64,000 bases of DNA from an uncultured Clostridia bacterium (GCA_944332815.1 CALVKQ010000003.1:2082-66081); one strand, 5' to 3'. Shown: positions 40,262 through 50,346, numbered from the stretch's first letter. Program-made: numbers and translations. The notes: a model not told the origin generated them from the letters alone.

Positions 40262-40505
40262 CCAATTCCTCCGTCACGCTCTCCGGGACGGCGCATTTGA
40301 AAGCGGCGTTCAGAGCGTGTTTCTTTTTGAGGAGGGCGACGCATTCTTTATTTTTATGCACCCACGCTCCTCTTCCGTCCGCATTTCCGGTATCGTCCAC
40401 GAAAACTTTGCCGTCGGCGGAGCGGCACACGCGTATCATTTCCGATTTGGGCGCGTGCTCGCGGCAAGCGACGCATCTGCGCACATCGGGCGCGTTACTC
40501 GGCAT
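40248..40505 (-). CDS. ylxR: YlxR/RnpM family protein
   Basis: RRCVACR...K.EMIRV...D.TG..DGRGAW. Confidence 0.9.
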   Translation of the reverse strand: MPSNAPDVRRCVACREHAPKSEMIRVCRSADGKVFVDDTGNADGRGAWVHKNKECVALLKKKHALNAAFKCAVPESVTEELDARV

Positions 40506-41580
40506 CCGCAGCCTCTTCTTCCGCGCCGCCTTCCGCAGCCATGATGCTCGAATAGGGTTTGACGTCTATCTTCCAGCCCGTGAGCTTTGCGGCGAGTCTG
40601 GCGTTCTGCCCGTTCCTGCCTATGGCAAGGCTGAGTTTTTCGTCGGGGACGACGACGCGCGCGTGTTTTTCTTCCTCGTTGATGGACACCATCAGCACCT
40701 GTGCCGGACTTAACGCCCTCGCGATATACTCTATCGCGTCCGCGCACCACTCGATGACGTCCACTTTCTCGCCTGCGAGTTCACCCACGACGGCGTTCAC
40801 ACGCACGCCCTTGTTGCCTATGCAGGCGCCGACCGCGTCCACGTTGGGGTCTTCGGAGTAGACTGCGAGCTTGGTGCGGAAACCGCCCTCGCGGACGATG
40901 TTGACTATCTTGACAAGCCCTGCTTTGATTTCGGGCACTTCCAGCTCGAACAGACGCTTGACAAAGCCCGAAGAGCTTCTGGACACCACCACCTGGGGGC
41001 CGTTCTTGCCTTCGCGTATCTTCTTGATGAACACCTTGATTATGTCGCCGACGTTGTAGCGCTCGGTGGGTATCTGATCGCCGGGAGCCATCACGCCTTC
41101 CATCTGCGTGCCGCTGATCTCGACGTAGACGGTGGCGCCTTCCTTGCGCCTGACTATGGCGTTGAGTATCTCGCCCTGACGCTCGGTCATCTCGTTGCGC
41201 ACGAACTCTTTCTTAGCGTCGTTGAGTTTCTGCATGATGACCTGCTTCGCGGTCTGGGCGGCTATCCTGGAAAACTCGTTGGGATTGATGTCCTCTATGA
41301 CGACCTCGCCGACCTTGTAGGTGGGCTTGATCTCGCGCGCTTCTTCCAAAGATATCTCTTCGTCGGGGTTCTCCACCTCTTCGACGACTATCCTGTGAGC
41401 GTACACCTTGACGGACTGCTTCTCCTCGTTGTATCTGACCGCAATGGGTTTGCTCTCGCCGTACTCTTTTTTGTAAGCGGCGGCAATGCCCGATTCGAGC
41501 GCGTCGATGACCACTTCCCTGGAGATCATTTTTTCCTTTGCGAACTCCTCGAGGGCTTGAAAGAATTCCTTGTTGATCAT
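40495..41580 (-). CDS. nusA: Transcription termination factor NusA
   Basis: RIAAQTAKQVI, LFELEVPEI, LSLAIGRNGQNARLAAKLTGWKID. Confidence 0.98.
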   Translation of the reverse strand: MINKEFFQALEEFAKEKMISREVVIDALESGIAAAYKKEYGESKPIAVRYNEEKQSVKVYAHRIVVEEVENPDEEISLEEAREIKPTYKVGEVVIEDINPNEFSRIAAQTAKQVIMQKLNDAKKEFVRNEMTERQGEILNAIVRRKEGATVYVEISGTQMEGVMAPGDQIPTERYNVGDIIKVFIKKIREGKNGPQVVVSRSSSGFVKRLFELEVPEIKAGLVKIVNIVREGGFRTKLAVYSEDPNVDAVGACIGNKGVRVNAVVGELAGEKVDVIEWCADAIEYIARALSPAQVLMVSINEEEKHARVVVPDEKLSLAIGRNGQNARLAAKLTGWKIDVKPYSSIMAAEGGAEEEAADAE

Positions 41581-41589
41581 TGTTTCCTC

Positions 41590-42075
41590 CTAAAACCCGA
41601 TGTACGGTTGCACCTTGGTTTTGTTATTTCTGTTTATGGTTTTTTCTTTTTCGTATTTGCCGCCGGTGAGAATGGTGAAGTCCTCCGCCGTGTATGCGGT
41701 GAGCGTGCCGCGGTAAGTGCACTCGGGAGCGATCGCCTCTATCTCCGTGCCCAGCGCGCGCCTGAAATCGTCGTCGGTGACGATGGGACGGTCCAGCCCC
41801 GAGGAAGACACGTTCAGAACGTACTCGTCCGGGAAGAGGTCGTCCACCTTGTCCAGCGCGTCGGAGAGCGCGTTATGCACCTTTTCGCAGTCGTCCAGCG
41901 TCACTTCGTCGGCGTGCCAGATGAACACGGTGAGGTTGAACCTGCCGTATTCTTTCGTGTAACGCACCTCCACCACCTCGAAACCGGAGTCGACCCCGGT
42001 CACGGTGTCGGCGACTATCCGTTCTATCCTGTCGCGCGCTTCCTGCGGAAGCGTCCGCGTCGCGTCCTTCGCCAT
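41590..42075 (-). CDS. rimP: Ribosome maturation factor RimP
   Basis: TLDDCEKV...YVLNVSS.GLDRP; first gene of the nusA-infB operon. Confidence 0.93.
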   Translation of the reverse strand: MAKDATRTLPQEARDRIERIVADTVTGVDSGFEVVEVRYTKEYGRFNLTVFIWHADEVTLDDCEKVHNALSDALDKVDDLFPDEYVLNVSSSGLDRPIVTDDDFRRALGTEIEAIAPECTYRGTLTAYTAEDFTILTGGKYEKEKTINRNNKTKVQPYIGF

Positions 42076-42093
42076 ATACTCTCCTTAAAACAA

Positions 42094-42115
42094 AGAGTGA
42101 GCAGCTGCTCACTCT
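42094..42115 (-). promoter_or_regulatory. rimP leader hairpin
   Basis: Perfect palindrome AGAGTGAGCAGCTGCTCACTCT just upstream of the rimP RBS, like the GAGTG..CACTC hairpin in Firmicute rimP leaders. Confidence 0.6.
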
Positions 42116-42227
42116 CAGTAGTTTCTACTTAAAGCATATATAAAATAGCACATTAAAATAATATATGCAAGCGTTTTGCGGCGTTTTATTCCGAAAAGGA
42201 GGATTTTTTGTGCAACGCGCGGCGCGC

Positions 42228-43808
42228 CTACATCCTTTCCGCGATTATACGCAGCAATTCCACGGTCGCGAACACGTCCGCCATGGCGCGGTGGGCGTTC
42301 ACGTGCGTGATGTCGAACATCTTCGTCAGGGCTTCCAGACCGACGTGACGGGCCTCGGGGATATATTTGCGCGCGAGGACGATGGTGTCTTCCAGTTCGT
42401 TGTCGAAGATGTACCCTTCCGCGGACGCATACTTGTTAAGGAGGGGGAAATCGTAGCCGGAGATGTTGTGCCCCACCAGCACGGCGTTTCTCGTGAACTT
42501 GAAAAAGTCGGGAAGTATCTCCTTGAAAGTGGGCATCCCACGCACCATATCGTCGTTTATCGCCGTCTTTTGCGCCACTTCGTCGGGGATGTGGCATTTG
42601 GGGTCCAGCAGCGTGGTGAAGGTTTCCGTCACCTTTCCGTCCACTATCCTTGCCGCTCCTATCTCTATCGGCTCTATGGTCGCGATGTCCAGCCCCGTGG
42701 CTTCGAAGTCGAAGACGACGAAAGTCTTGCCTTTGAAATAATCGGGTACGGGCTTTTCCGCGTCGTCGAAGAGGGATTTTTTCACCGCGACTTCCTTGAA
42801 AGGCTGCGGTTTAAGGACGGAATAATATCTGGGCACCGGCTTCGACGCCGCCGCCTGCACGGAAGAAAAATCTATCTTCGCCGTGAACAGAGCGTTTATC
42901 GCAAAGCTGGGCGCGCCGTTATAGGAGGATATGGTCACTTTGCCCGTGCATATCACTTCGTCTTTTTCGTTCAGGCTGTCAAAAGCGTCCGCGTCATCGG
43001 GGCGAGGGAAGCAAACGCAGTCCATCCTGCCCGTGGTATCGTCCATGAAAAAGCGGATGAGAGGGAGCTCCTCCGGCCCGTTTTTGGGGTCGTCGGGGGT
43101 GTATTTTTTGTTCTTGTAAGTGCGTTTGACGACGCCGCTTATCCTGCCGCAAAGCACGACGTTGTCCACCGCATGCCTGATGTCGCCGATATACGCCGGC
43201 ATCTGACTGATGCCCGATATCTTTCCTCTTGCGTAGATCTTCTTGACGGCTTCCGCGTATATAAGCCTGGAAGAACTGTCCTTCACCACCACGCTCTCCA
43301 TAGGATTCGTTATCACGGAAGCGTCACTGTCCTCCGTTTCGCGGAGCCCTACGGATATTTTGTGGTTGAAATTGAGGTCCAGAAAGTCGGCGAGTTCCTT
43401 CAAGGCGTCGGAGGAGCGCAGCATATTGCACATGGAATGTTCCAGCTCCAGGGTGACGGACACGGTGGAGTCGTTCACAGCGACGGTGATCTTATCGGGA
43501 GTGAGCATTCTCAGCACCAACTGGTTGTGAGTGTTGAAAAACTCCGCGATCTTATTGCGGACGGTGCTCTCGTCCGCGAATGTGCGGATATATTCCGCCC
43601 TTACGTCCACGCCGGCAAATATCTTTTTAAGCGTTTCGTCCACCTTCTTTCTGCATTCGTCGTCAAAAGCCCTCGCGTCGTACGCCGATATAAGGAAGCG
43701 CACGGCGAGAGTCCCGACATCCTTTTGATAGGACGCGGACTTGAATTTGAGCATGGGGAACGCTCCGCCCGTCAGTTTTTCAAACTCTTCCGTAAATTTA
43801 TTATGCAC
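42228..43808 (-). CDS. PolC-derived protein: PolC N-terminal domains + OB fold + DEDDh 3'-5' exonuclease, no PHP or polymerase core
   Basis: OB-like VVLCGRI...FFMDDTTGRMDCVCF...GKV; Exo motifs FVVFDFEATG, GHN...YD, HRAMAD; occupies the polC position upstream of rimP. Confidence 0.85.
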   Translation of the reverse strand: MHNKFTEEFEKLTGGAFPMLKFKSASYQKDVGTLAVRFLISAYDARAFDDECRKKVDETLKKIFAGVDVRAEYIRTFADESTVRNKIAEFFNTHNQLVLRMLTPDKITVAVNDSTVSVTLELEHSMCNMLRSSDALKELADFLDLNFNHKISVGLRETEDSDASVITNPMESVVVKDSSSRLIYAEAVKKIYARGKISGISQMPAYIGDIRHAVDNVVLCGRISGVVKRTYKNKKYTPDDPKNGPEELPLIRFFMDDTTGRMDCVCFPRPDDADAFDSLNEKDEVICTGKVTISSYNGAPSFAINALFTAKIDFSSVQAAASKPVPRYYSVLKPQPFKEVAVKKSLFDDAEKPVPDYFKGKTFVVFDFEATGLDIATIEPIEIGAARIVDGKVTETFTTLLDPKCHIPDEVAQKTAINDDMVRGMPTFKEILPDFFKFTRNAVLVGHNISGYDFPLLNKYASAEGYIFDNELEDTIVLARKYIPEARHVGLEALTKMFDITHVNAHRAMADVFATVELLRIIAERM

Positions 43809-43844
43809 ATTTGCCTCCGCCCCTTCGGTATCGGGTCAAAACTA

Positions 43845-44942
43845 TTATCGTTTTGGGCTATTTTTAGAATAGTCGGCTATGTAGTCCTCCAGCATGCTCA
43901 TGAACAGCGGCAACACCATCTTCCCCGGGACTTTTGCGACTATCTCGCCGTCGCGCAGGATGACGGACTTGTCTTTTCCGCCTGCTATCGCGAGGTCGCT
44001 GTTTTTGCCCTCGCCTATCCCGTTCAACGGACAGCCCATGACCGCTATTTTGAGAGGGAGCCGCACATGCGCGGTGGCGCGTTCCACCGCGGACGCCAGC
44101 CCCTCCACGTCTATCTCCGTGCGCGCACAGGTAGGACAGGATACGACTTCCGCGCAGTCCTTTTTCAGACCGAGCGAGCGCAGCAGCGTCTTTGCCGCCA
44201 GCACTTCCTCAACGGGAGGCGCGGACAGGGACACTCTCACGGTGTCGCCTATGCCCTCGCCGAGCAACATGCCTATGCCTATGGAGGACTTCACCAGTCC
44301 GCTGCGGAGCGTGCCTGCTTCCGTCACGCCGAGATGAAGAGGAAAGTCGCAGGCGGCAGCCGCTTTTCGGTTGGCACGCACCATGGTTATGACGTCGGAG
44401 GCTTTTATGGCGAGCACGATATCCTTCATGCCGCAGCTTTCAAACACATTCGCGCATTCGAGCGCGCTTTCCACCAGCGCGTCGCTCTCATCCATCCCGT
44501 CGAATTTCGGGTCCAGCGAACCGCCGTTCACCCCCACTCTGACGGGAACTCCTGCGTCCGCCATTCTCTTTGCGAGGTATTTTATTTCGGAGAAGTCCCT
44601 CATGTTGCCGGGGTTCATCCGTATCTTTTTCGCTCCGGCGTCCAGCGCCATGTGCGCCAATTTGTAGCTGTAATGTATGTCCGCGATAAGCGGCAGCCCC
44701 GTCCTTTTCGCGATCGTGCCGAACGCTTCCGCGGAGGCTTCGTTGGGCACCGCGAGCCGCACGAGGTCGCACCCTGCGTCCGTGAGCTCGTTTATCTGCG
44801 CGACGCAGGCGTCAACGTCAACGGTAGGCGTGTTGAGCATGGACTGTATGCTCACGGGCGCGCCTCCGCCTATCTTCACGTTTCCGACGCGGACTTGTCT
44901 TGTTTTTCGCCTTGACGGCATGTTTTTATCTTCGGTCTTCAT
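43845..44942 (-). CDS. ispG: HMBPP synthase
   Basis: IGGGAPVSIQSM, ADIH, R.NPGN, HLGVTEAG, SCPTCAR, VMGC. Confidence 0.97.
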   Translation of the reverse strand: MKTEDKNMPSRRKTRQVRVGNVKIGGGAPVSIQSMLNTPTVDVDACVAQINELTDAGCDLVRLAVPNEASAEAFGTIAKRTGLPLIADIHYSYKLAHMALDAGAKKIRMNPGNMRDFSEIKYLAKRMADAGVPVRVGVNGGSLDPKFDGMDESDALVESALECANVFESCGMKDIVLAIKASDVITMVRANRKAAAACDFPLHLGVTEAGTLRSGLVKSSIGIGMLLGEGIGDTVRVSLSAPPVEEVLAAKTLLRSLGLKKDCAEVVSCPTCARTEIDVEGLASAVERATAHVRLPLKIAVMGCPLNGIGEGKNSDLAIAGGKDKSVILRDGEIVAKVPGKMVLPLFMSMLEDYIADYSKNSPKR

Positions 44943-44968
44943 ATCCTCTTACTTCTTTTCCGCGCGTT

Positions 44969-46069
44969 TCACGTCCTGACCAGGTGGAAGATATCCAGGA
45001 ATACCGCAAGCAGCACCAACAGCACCAAGCCTACGACGTGTATCACCGCTTCCACCTTGCGTGGCACCGGTCGTCGGAAAATCATTTCTATCAGTGTGAA
45101 CACCATTCGCGAGCCGTCCAGCGCCGGCAGCGGAAGCAGGTTCATGACCGCCAGGTTTGCCGAGATTATCGCCACTACGTACAAAAACGAGCCGAACCCC
45201 GTGGAACTGACTTCCGCTATCGTGGTTATCACCGTTATGGTGCCGCCTGCGGCTTCCAGCCCCACTTGTCCCGTGAGCAGCGCGCCGATAGACGCCAGTA
45301 TCTTGAACACGATGAAGAAACTGAACCCGAACGAGCGCCCCAGCGAGCGGAAAAAGCCCAGTTTTACGGACTGCGCGCCGTAGATGATGCCTGCGCCCGT
45401 GCGCTCCGGGGACTCGCCCTCTTCCAGGAATTCTTCGTCTTCTATGGTGTATTTGCCCACCGTGACGGTGACGGTCATCGCCTTTCCGTCGCGAAGTATC
45501 TTGAATTTTGTCCCCGTCTTCACGTCATCGAAGGTGCCGAGTATGTCGTCGTAGGTCATGATGTTGACCTGCAACCCGTCCTTTGCCAGTATGACGTCGC
45601 CGGGACGGAAGACGTTTTCCTGCCCGTTCACCTCGTAGGCGGTATTGACGACGGGCAGCACCTGACCGTACGCGGTGAAGTACACCGTTATGATGAGGAT
45701 CGCGCTCAAAAAGTTGAAAAACGCGCCCGAAAACAGCACGATGAGGCGTTTCCAGGGCTTTTGACGGTTGAACGCGGTCGGGTCGTCCTCCCCTTCCTCC
45801 GAGTCCTCGCCGCGGAAGGCGCAGAATCCGCCCAGCGGCAGTATGCGAAGCGTGAAGAGTTCCCCCGTCTTTTTGTTGCGCTTTTTGAGGATGGGAGGAC
45901 CGAACCCTATCGCGAATTCGTCTATCCCGAACCCCAACAGCTTGCCTGCCAGATAATGCCCCGACTCGTGGATGACGATCATTATCATCAGGGCGACGAG
46001 CGCAAGCAGTACATACCCGATATAGGTGAACACTTCACCTGCCGTTGCGGATGTCAGCGTAAGCAGCAC
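44969..46069 (-). CDS. rseP: Site-2 (M50) intramembrane metalloprotease
   Basis: HESGH, FAIGFGP, PDZ-like middle, NLLPLPALDG. Confidence 0.95.
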   Translation of the reverse strand: MLLTLTSATAGEVFTYIGYVLLALVALMIMIVIHESGHYLAGKLLGFGIDEFAIGFGPPILKKRNKKTGELFTLRILPLGGFCAFRGEDSEEGEDDPTAFNRQKPWKRLIVLFSGAFFNFLSAILIITVYFTAYGQVLPVVNTAYEVNGQENVFRPGDVILAKDGLQVNIMTYDDILGTFDDVKTGTKFKILRDGKAMTVTVTVGKYTIEDEEFLEEGESPERTGAGIIYGAQSVKLGFFRSLGRSFGFSFFIVFKILASIGALLTGQVGLEAAGGTITVITTIAEVSSTGFGSFLYVVAIISANLAVMNLLPLPALDGSRMVFTLIEMIFRRPVPRKVEAVIHVVGLVLLVLLAVFLDIFHLVRT

Positions 46070-46070
46070 T

Positions 46071-47237
46071 TTACTTTACTCCTATGGAATAAGTGTATTT
46101 CCTGGCTTCCGCGTCTATACCGATCATATCTTCCAGGGCGACGTTGCCCACTTTTGCGAATTTGCGCTCCACCTTATCCAGCACCGCGGCGATGTCCGTG
46201 AACTTTATTGTCCCTGCGATGAACGCGTCCACCAACACCTCGTCCGCAGCCGACACCGCGATGCATGCGCCTTCCCCGGCTTTCGCCGCGCGCATGGCGA
46301 CTTCAAGACAGGGGTATCTCGAAAGGTCAGGCGCGCCGAATTCCAGCGAACCGAGTTTGGCAAGGTCGAGTTCCTGCACCGCGCCGGGGACTTTGGTAGG
46401 ATAAAATAGCGCGGTCTGTATCGCGAGCGCCATATCGGGGGTGCTGAGCAGGGCTTTGATGCCGCCGTCCACGAATTCCACCATACCGTGGATGACGCTC
46501 TCCCGGTGCATGAGCACTTTTACTTTGTCCGCGTCCACGCCGAAGAGTCTCATCGCCTCTATGACTTCCAGCCCCTTATTGAAGAGGGTCGCAGAGTCGA
46601 TGGTGACCTTTTTGCCCATGCTCCAAACGGGATGATTGAGCGCCTCCCTCGCCGTCACTTTGCAAAGTTTCTCCTGCGGCAGATCGCGGAGAGCGCCGCC
46701 GCTTGCAGTGAGGATAAGGCTCTTTACGCTCTTGGGGTCCGCCCCGGACAGACATTCCATTATGGCGGAGTGCTCGGTGTCGAGGGGAAGTATCTTGCCG
46801 CCGTACTTCTTTTCCAGCGCTTTTAAGTGCCTGCCTGCGCAGACGATGGTTTCTTTGTTTGCAATGGCGAGAGTGCCGCCGCGTTTGAGCACCGCGACCG
46901 CCGCCCACAGCCCGGCTATGCCGCTCACCGCCGACACTGTGATGTCGGCAGTATGATCCGCCAGCTCTTCCAGACTTCCCACACATTTGGAGGCGAATTT
47001 TTCATCGTCCAGAAAGTCGAAAAGACTGCTCTGTATCTCCACTCCGCCGGCAGGATAGTAGTAATGCTTGGGGGAATATTTGTCTATCTGTTCGCGCAAC
47101 AGCTTTTCGTTGGTGAAAGCCGAAAGCCCGACCACTTTGAAACGGTCGGGATGGCGGTCCACCACGGCGAGCACTTGTCTTCCCACGGACCCCGTGCTGC
47201 CCAGAACGGTGAGGGTCACTGTTTTCTTTTCAGCCAT
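46071..47237 (-). CDS. dxr: 1-deoxy-D-xylulose-5-phosphate reductoisomerase
   Basis: LGSTGSVG, ANKE, DTEHSAI, HPVWSMGKKVTIDSAT. Confidence 0.97.
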   Translation of the reverse strand: MAEKKTVTLTVLGSTGSVGRQVLAVVDRHPDRFKVVGLSAFTNEKLLREQIDKYSPKHYYYPAGGVEIQSSLFDFLDDEKFASKCVGSLEELADHTADITVSAVSGIAGLWAAVAVLKRGGTLAIANKETIVCAGRHLKALEKKYGGKILPLDTEHSAIMECLSGADPKSVKSLILTASGGALRDLPQEKLCKVTAREALNHPVWSMGKKVTIDSATLFNKGLEVIEAMRLFGVDADKVKVLMHRESVIHGMVEFVDGGIKALLSTPDMALAIQTALFYPTKVPGAVQELDLAKLGSLEFGAPDLSRYPCLEVAMRAAKAGEGACIAVSAADEVLVDAFIAGTIKFTDIAAVLDKVERKFAKVGNVALEDMIGIDAEARKYTYSIGVK

Positions 47238-47294
47238 TTTATCTCCGTGCGGCAGCGCCCGATAGCCTGCCGTTGATAGCTTTTCGGATGAGGG

Positions 47295-48191
47295 TCAGAA
47301 CCCTATTATGCCTTGCGCGCCGTATATCGCGCTGAAAGACACCAAGAGGACGAGGATGCCTGCCATGATGCTGTCGAAGCGATCCATTATCCCCCCGTGT
47401 CCCGGGAATATCTTCCCGAAATCTTTGATGCCAAGCGCGCGTTTGATGCGCGAAGCGGCAAGGTCGCCGAGCTGCCCTGCGACCGCGCCCACAAGACCTA
47501 TCGCAAGATATATGAGCGCAGACTTCCACGCGGCGTCCGTGAACGGGATGTACCCTGCTTCCGGGAAGAGCAAGAACTGCTCAAAGAGCAGGAACATTAT
47601 CACCGCGACCAGCATACCGCCGAAAAGTCCGCCGCAAAAGCCTGCGACAGTCTTTTTGGGGCTGATGGAGGGGCACAGTTTTTTGCCGCCTATCATGCTG
47701 CCGAACCAGTAGGCAAAGGTGTCCGCGCCGACGGGAAGGAAGATCGCGAACGGGATGGCGTACACTGCGGAAAACCGCTGCACCAGCATCCACGCAAGGG
47801 ATATGAGCAGCCCGGGATACACCATGACGAACACCGTGGCAAACAGGTCTTTGGGGGTGTTGCGCTCGGGGTCTGCGAATGTAAACACTATGAGCGCTGC
47901 GAGCACGCTCGCGCCGAACGCGATCGCGAGCCCCAGATATCCCTGATGCATGAAGTGCTCCATCAGGTACATAACGGGGTAAGAAGTCAGCAAAAACAGC
48001 GCCAGCGGCAGGCGGAAGAGTTTGAACCCTGCTTCCTGCATGCAAAAGTACATCTCTCTTATCGCGCCCGTGAGCAGGATCCAGATGAAGAGGTCCAGGA
48101 AGATATTGCCGTGATCGACAAAATAGCTCAGAGCGAAGAGCCCGATGAGCAAAGCGATGAGAAGCACTGCCGTTACCGTACGTTTGAGCAT
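47295..48191 (-). CDS. cdsA: Phosphatidate cytidylyltransferase
   Basis: DTFAY, ISPKKT, GDL..S.IKR..GIKDFG..FPGHGGIMDRFDS. Confidence 0.95.
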   Translation of the reverse strand: MLKRTVTAVLLIALLIGLFALSYFVDHGNIFLDLFIWILLTGAIREMYFCMQEAGFKLFRLPLALFLLTSYPVMYLMEHFMHQGYLGLAIAFGASVLAALIVFTFADPERNTPKDLFATVFVMVYPGLLISLAWMLVQRFSAVYAIPFAIFLPVGADTFAYWFGSMIGGKKLCPSISPKKTVAGFCGGLFGGMLVAVIMFLLFEQFLLFPEAGYIPFTDAAWKSALIYLAIGLVGAVAGQLGDLAASRIKRALGIKDFGKIFPGHGGIMDRFDSIMAGILVLLVSFSAIYGAQGIIGF

Positions 48192-48201
48192 GGTCGTGTT
48201 T

Positions 48202-48855
48202 TTATGCGCCGAATTTGCGCGTGCGTGAGGCGAACTCCGCAAGGAGCGCGTCCACGTCCTCCGCCGTCATATCAGGCCAGAGTTTGTCCGTGAAAAGCAG
48301 TTCCGCATAAGCCGCCTCGTAAAGCATAAAGCCGGAAAGCCGCTTCTCACCTCCGCTCCTCACGACTGCGTCCAAGGGTGGCAGCCCTGCGGAAGAAAGT
48401 TCGTTTTCCAGCGAGCTTTGGGTCAGAACGCCCTTTTTTGCGGCTTTCTGCGCCGCGAGCAGGATGTCCCGTCGTCCGCCGTAGCCCAGCGCGATATTGA
48501 GGCGCAGCCCCGTGTTGTCACGGGTGCGCTCCTCCACCTCGCGGATGCTTTTCACGACGTTATCCGGAAAGAGGTCGCGCTCTCCCATATACGTCACCTT
48601 CCAGCAGCCGTCGTAAGAGGAATTCCAACTTGCGACGGTGCGCAGGACGGCGGATATCTCCTCCGAAGGCCTCGCAAAGTTTTCGGAGGAAAAGGCGTAC
48701 ACGCTGGCGGCGGCAACTCCCCTCTCTTCGGTGCGTGCGAGAACGCGCAGCATGGCTTTGAGCCCTTCGGCATAACCTGCGCTGCGCGGCAGACCGCGGC
48801 TTTCAGCCCATCTGCCGTTGCCGTCCATGATGTAGCCTATGTGCCTCGGAAGCAT
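48202..48855 (-). CDS. uppS: Isoprenyl transferase (undecaprenyl diphosphate synthase)
   Basis: PRHIGYIMDGNGRWA, YAFSSEN..RP, YGGR, R.GGEKRLS. Confidence 0.92.
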   Translation of the reverse strand: MLPRHIGYIMDGNGRWAESRGLPRSAGYAEGLKAMLRVLARTEERGVAAASVYAFSSENFARPSEEISAVLRTVASWNSSYDGCWKVTYMGERDLFPDNVVKSIREVEERTRDNTGLRLNIALGYGGRRDILLAAQKAAKKGVLTQSSLENELSSAGLPPLDAVVRSGGEKRLSGFMLYEAAYAELLFTDKLWPDMTAEDVDALLAEFASRTRKFGA

Positions 48856-49430
48856 CAGACGGAAAGGATCTCCTGTTCCTTTTCTTTGGTCAGCTTCTCG
48901 ATGTCCTCTATCTCAGAGGCGAGAGCCTTGTCCACGTCGGAGGTGAAGTCTTTGAGGTCGTCCTCGGTGATCTCGGAATCCTTTTCCAGCTTTTTGAGGG
49001 CGTCGATGGCGTCGCGGCGAGCGTTACGCAGCACGACTTTTGTGCTCTCCGTATTGTTTTTGAGGTCCTTGACCAACGCTTTTCTGCGCTCTTCCGTAAG
49101 TTCCGGGAAAATGAGGCGGATGACGTTGCCGTCGTTGTTGGGCGTGATGCCGATGTTGGCGGCGAGGATGGCTTTTTCCACGTTTTTGAGCGCGCTCTTG
49201 TCCCAAACCGAGATGACCAGCAGCCTGGCTTCGGGGACGGTGATGTTCGCCATATTGTTGATGGGGGTCGCGACGCCGTAATAATCGACGGTTATCTTGT
49301 CCAGGATGTGCGGATTCGCTCTGCCTGCGCGCATGCTTTTGAGCTCCGTTGAAAAGTTATGGACGGTCTTGGAGAATTTCTCCTTCATTTCCTCGAAGAT
49401 GAGGTCGACGGAATCTATTCCGTATGCCAT
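48855..49430 (-). CDS. frr: Ribosome recycling factor
   Basis: RAGRANP..LD.I.VDYYG, PELTEERRK. Confidence 0.97.
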   Translation of the reverse strand: MAYGIDSVDLIFEEMKEKFSKTVHNFSTELKSMRAGRANPHILDKITVDYYGVATPINNMANITVPEARLLVISVWDKSALKNVEKAILAANIGITPNNDGNVIRLIFPELTEERRKALVKDLKNNTESTKVVLRNARRDAIDALKKLEKDSEITEDDLKDFTSDVDKALASEIEDIEKLTKEKEQEILSV

Positions 49431-49501
49431 AAATTGCCTCCTGATAGGTTTTTAATCATTATACCAAATGCGCGCGTATAAATCAACATCAAATACTCAA
49501 A

Positions 49502-49525
49502 GAACGCACCTTGAAAGGTGCGTTC
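49502..49525 (-). terminator. Hairpin downstream of pyrH
   Basis: GAACGCACCT-TGAA-AGGTGCGTTC. Confidence 0.55.
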
Positions 49526-49559
49526 CCGGTATATTCGCGCGCAAAAGGGTCAAATGCCC

Positions 49560-50273
49560 TTACTTGCCGATGTAAGTGCCTATCTTCTCCCCCGTTATCG
49601 CGCGCTTGATGCTGCCCTCTTCGTTGAGGCTGAACGCGATGATGGGTATCTCGTTGTCCATGCACATGGTGATGGCGGTGGTGTCCATGGCTTTCAGACC
49701 TTTGGAGATGACCTGCATATAGGTGAGCGTTTCGAATTTCACCGCCTGCGGATTGGTCTTGGGATCGCTGTCATAAACGCCGTCCACGTTCTTTGCGAGC
49801 AGCAGCGCGTTCGCGCCTATCTCCGCCGCACGCAGCGCAGCGCCAGTATCCGTGGAGAAATAGGGGTTGCCCGTGCCGCAGGCAAAGATGACTATCCTGC
49901 CCTTTTCCAGGTGACGGAGGGCTTTGCGCAGGATGTAAGGCTCCGCCACTTTCGTGACGGTGAGCGCGGTCTGCACCCTGACTTCCGCTCCCTTTCGCTC
50001 GATGCAATCCTGCAAGGCGAGCGCGTTTATGATGGTGGCGAGCATCCCCATGTGATCCGCGGTGCTGCGGTTCATCTCGCTGTCCGCCTGCCGTCCGCGC
50101 CAGAAGTTGCCGCCGCCTATGACGACGCCGACTTGCGCGCCCATTTTCTTGACTTCCACGATCTGCTCGGACACTTTGGCAAGTTTGGCGTGGTCAATGC
50201 CTGCGCCGTTCTCACAGGCGAGCGCCTCGCCCGAAAGTTTGATGATAACGCGGTCGTATTTGAGTTTGGACAT
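49560..50273 (-). CDS. pyrH: UMP kinase
   Basis: KLSGEAL, GGGNFWRG, GTGNPYFSTD. Confidence 0.98.
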   Translation of the reverse strand: MSKLKYDRVIIKLSGEALACENGAGIDHAKLAKVSEQIVEVKKMGAQVGVVIGGGNFWRGRQADSEMNRSTADHMGMLATIINALALQDCIERKGAEVRVQTALTVTKVAEPYILRKALRHLEKGRIVIFACGTGNPYFSTDTGAALRAAEIGANALLLAKNVDGVYDSDPKTNPQAVKFETLTYMQVISKGLKAMDTTAITMCMDNEIPIIAFSLNEEGSIKRAITGEKIGTYIGK

Positions 50274-50319
50274 AAATGCCTCCCTGTTCGTGTGTGGCTG
50301 CGGCGTTTGCCGCGACGAA

Positions 50320-50346
50320 AAAAAGGAACGCTTTCGCGTTCCTTTC
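50320..50346 (-). terminator. Intrinsic terminator after tsf
   Basis: AAAGGAACGC-hairpin-GCGTTCCTTT with a long T run on the minus strand. Confidence 0.7.

Noticed and set aside
38112-46201. 810-, 916- and 433-aa plus-strand ORFs
   Set aside because: Antisense shadows of infB, polC-like/ispG and rseP; no recognisable motifs.
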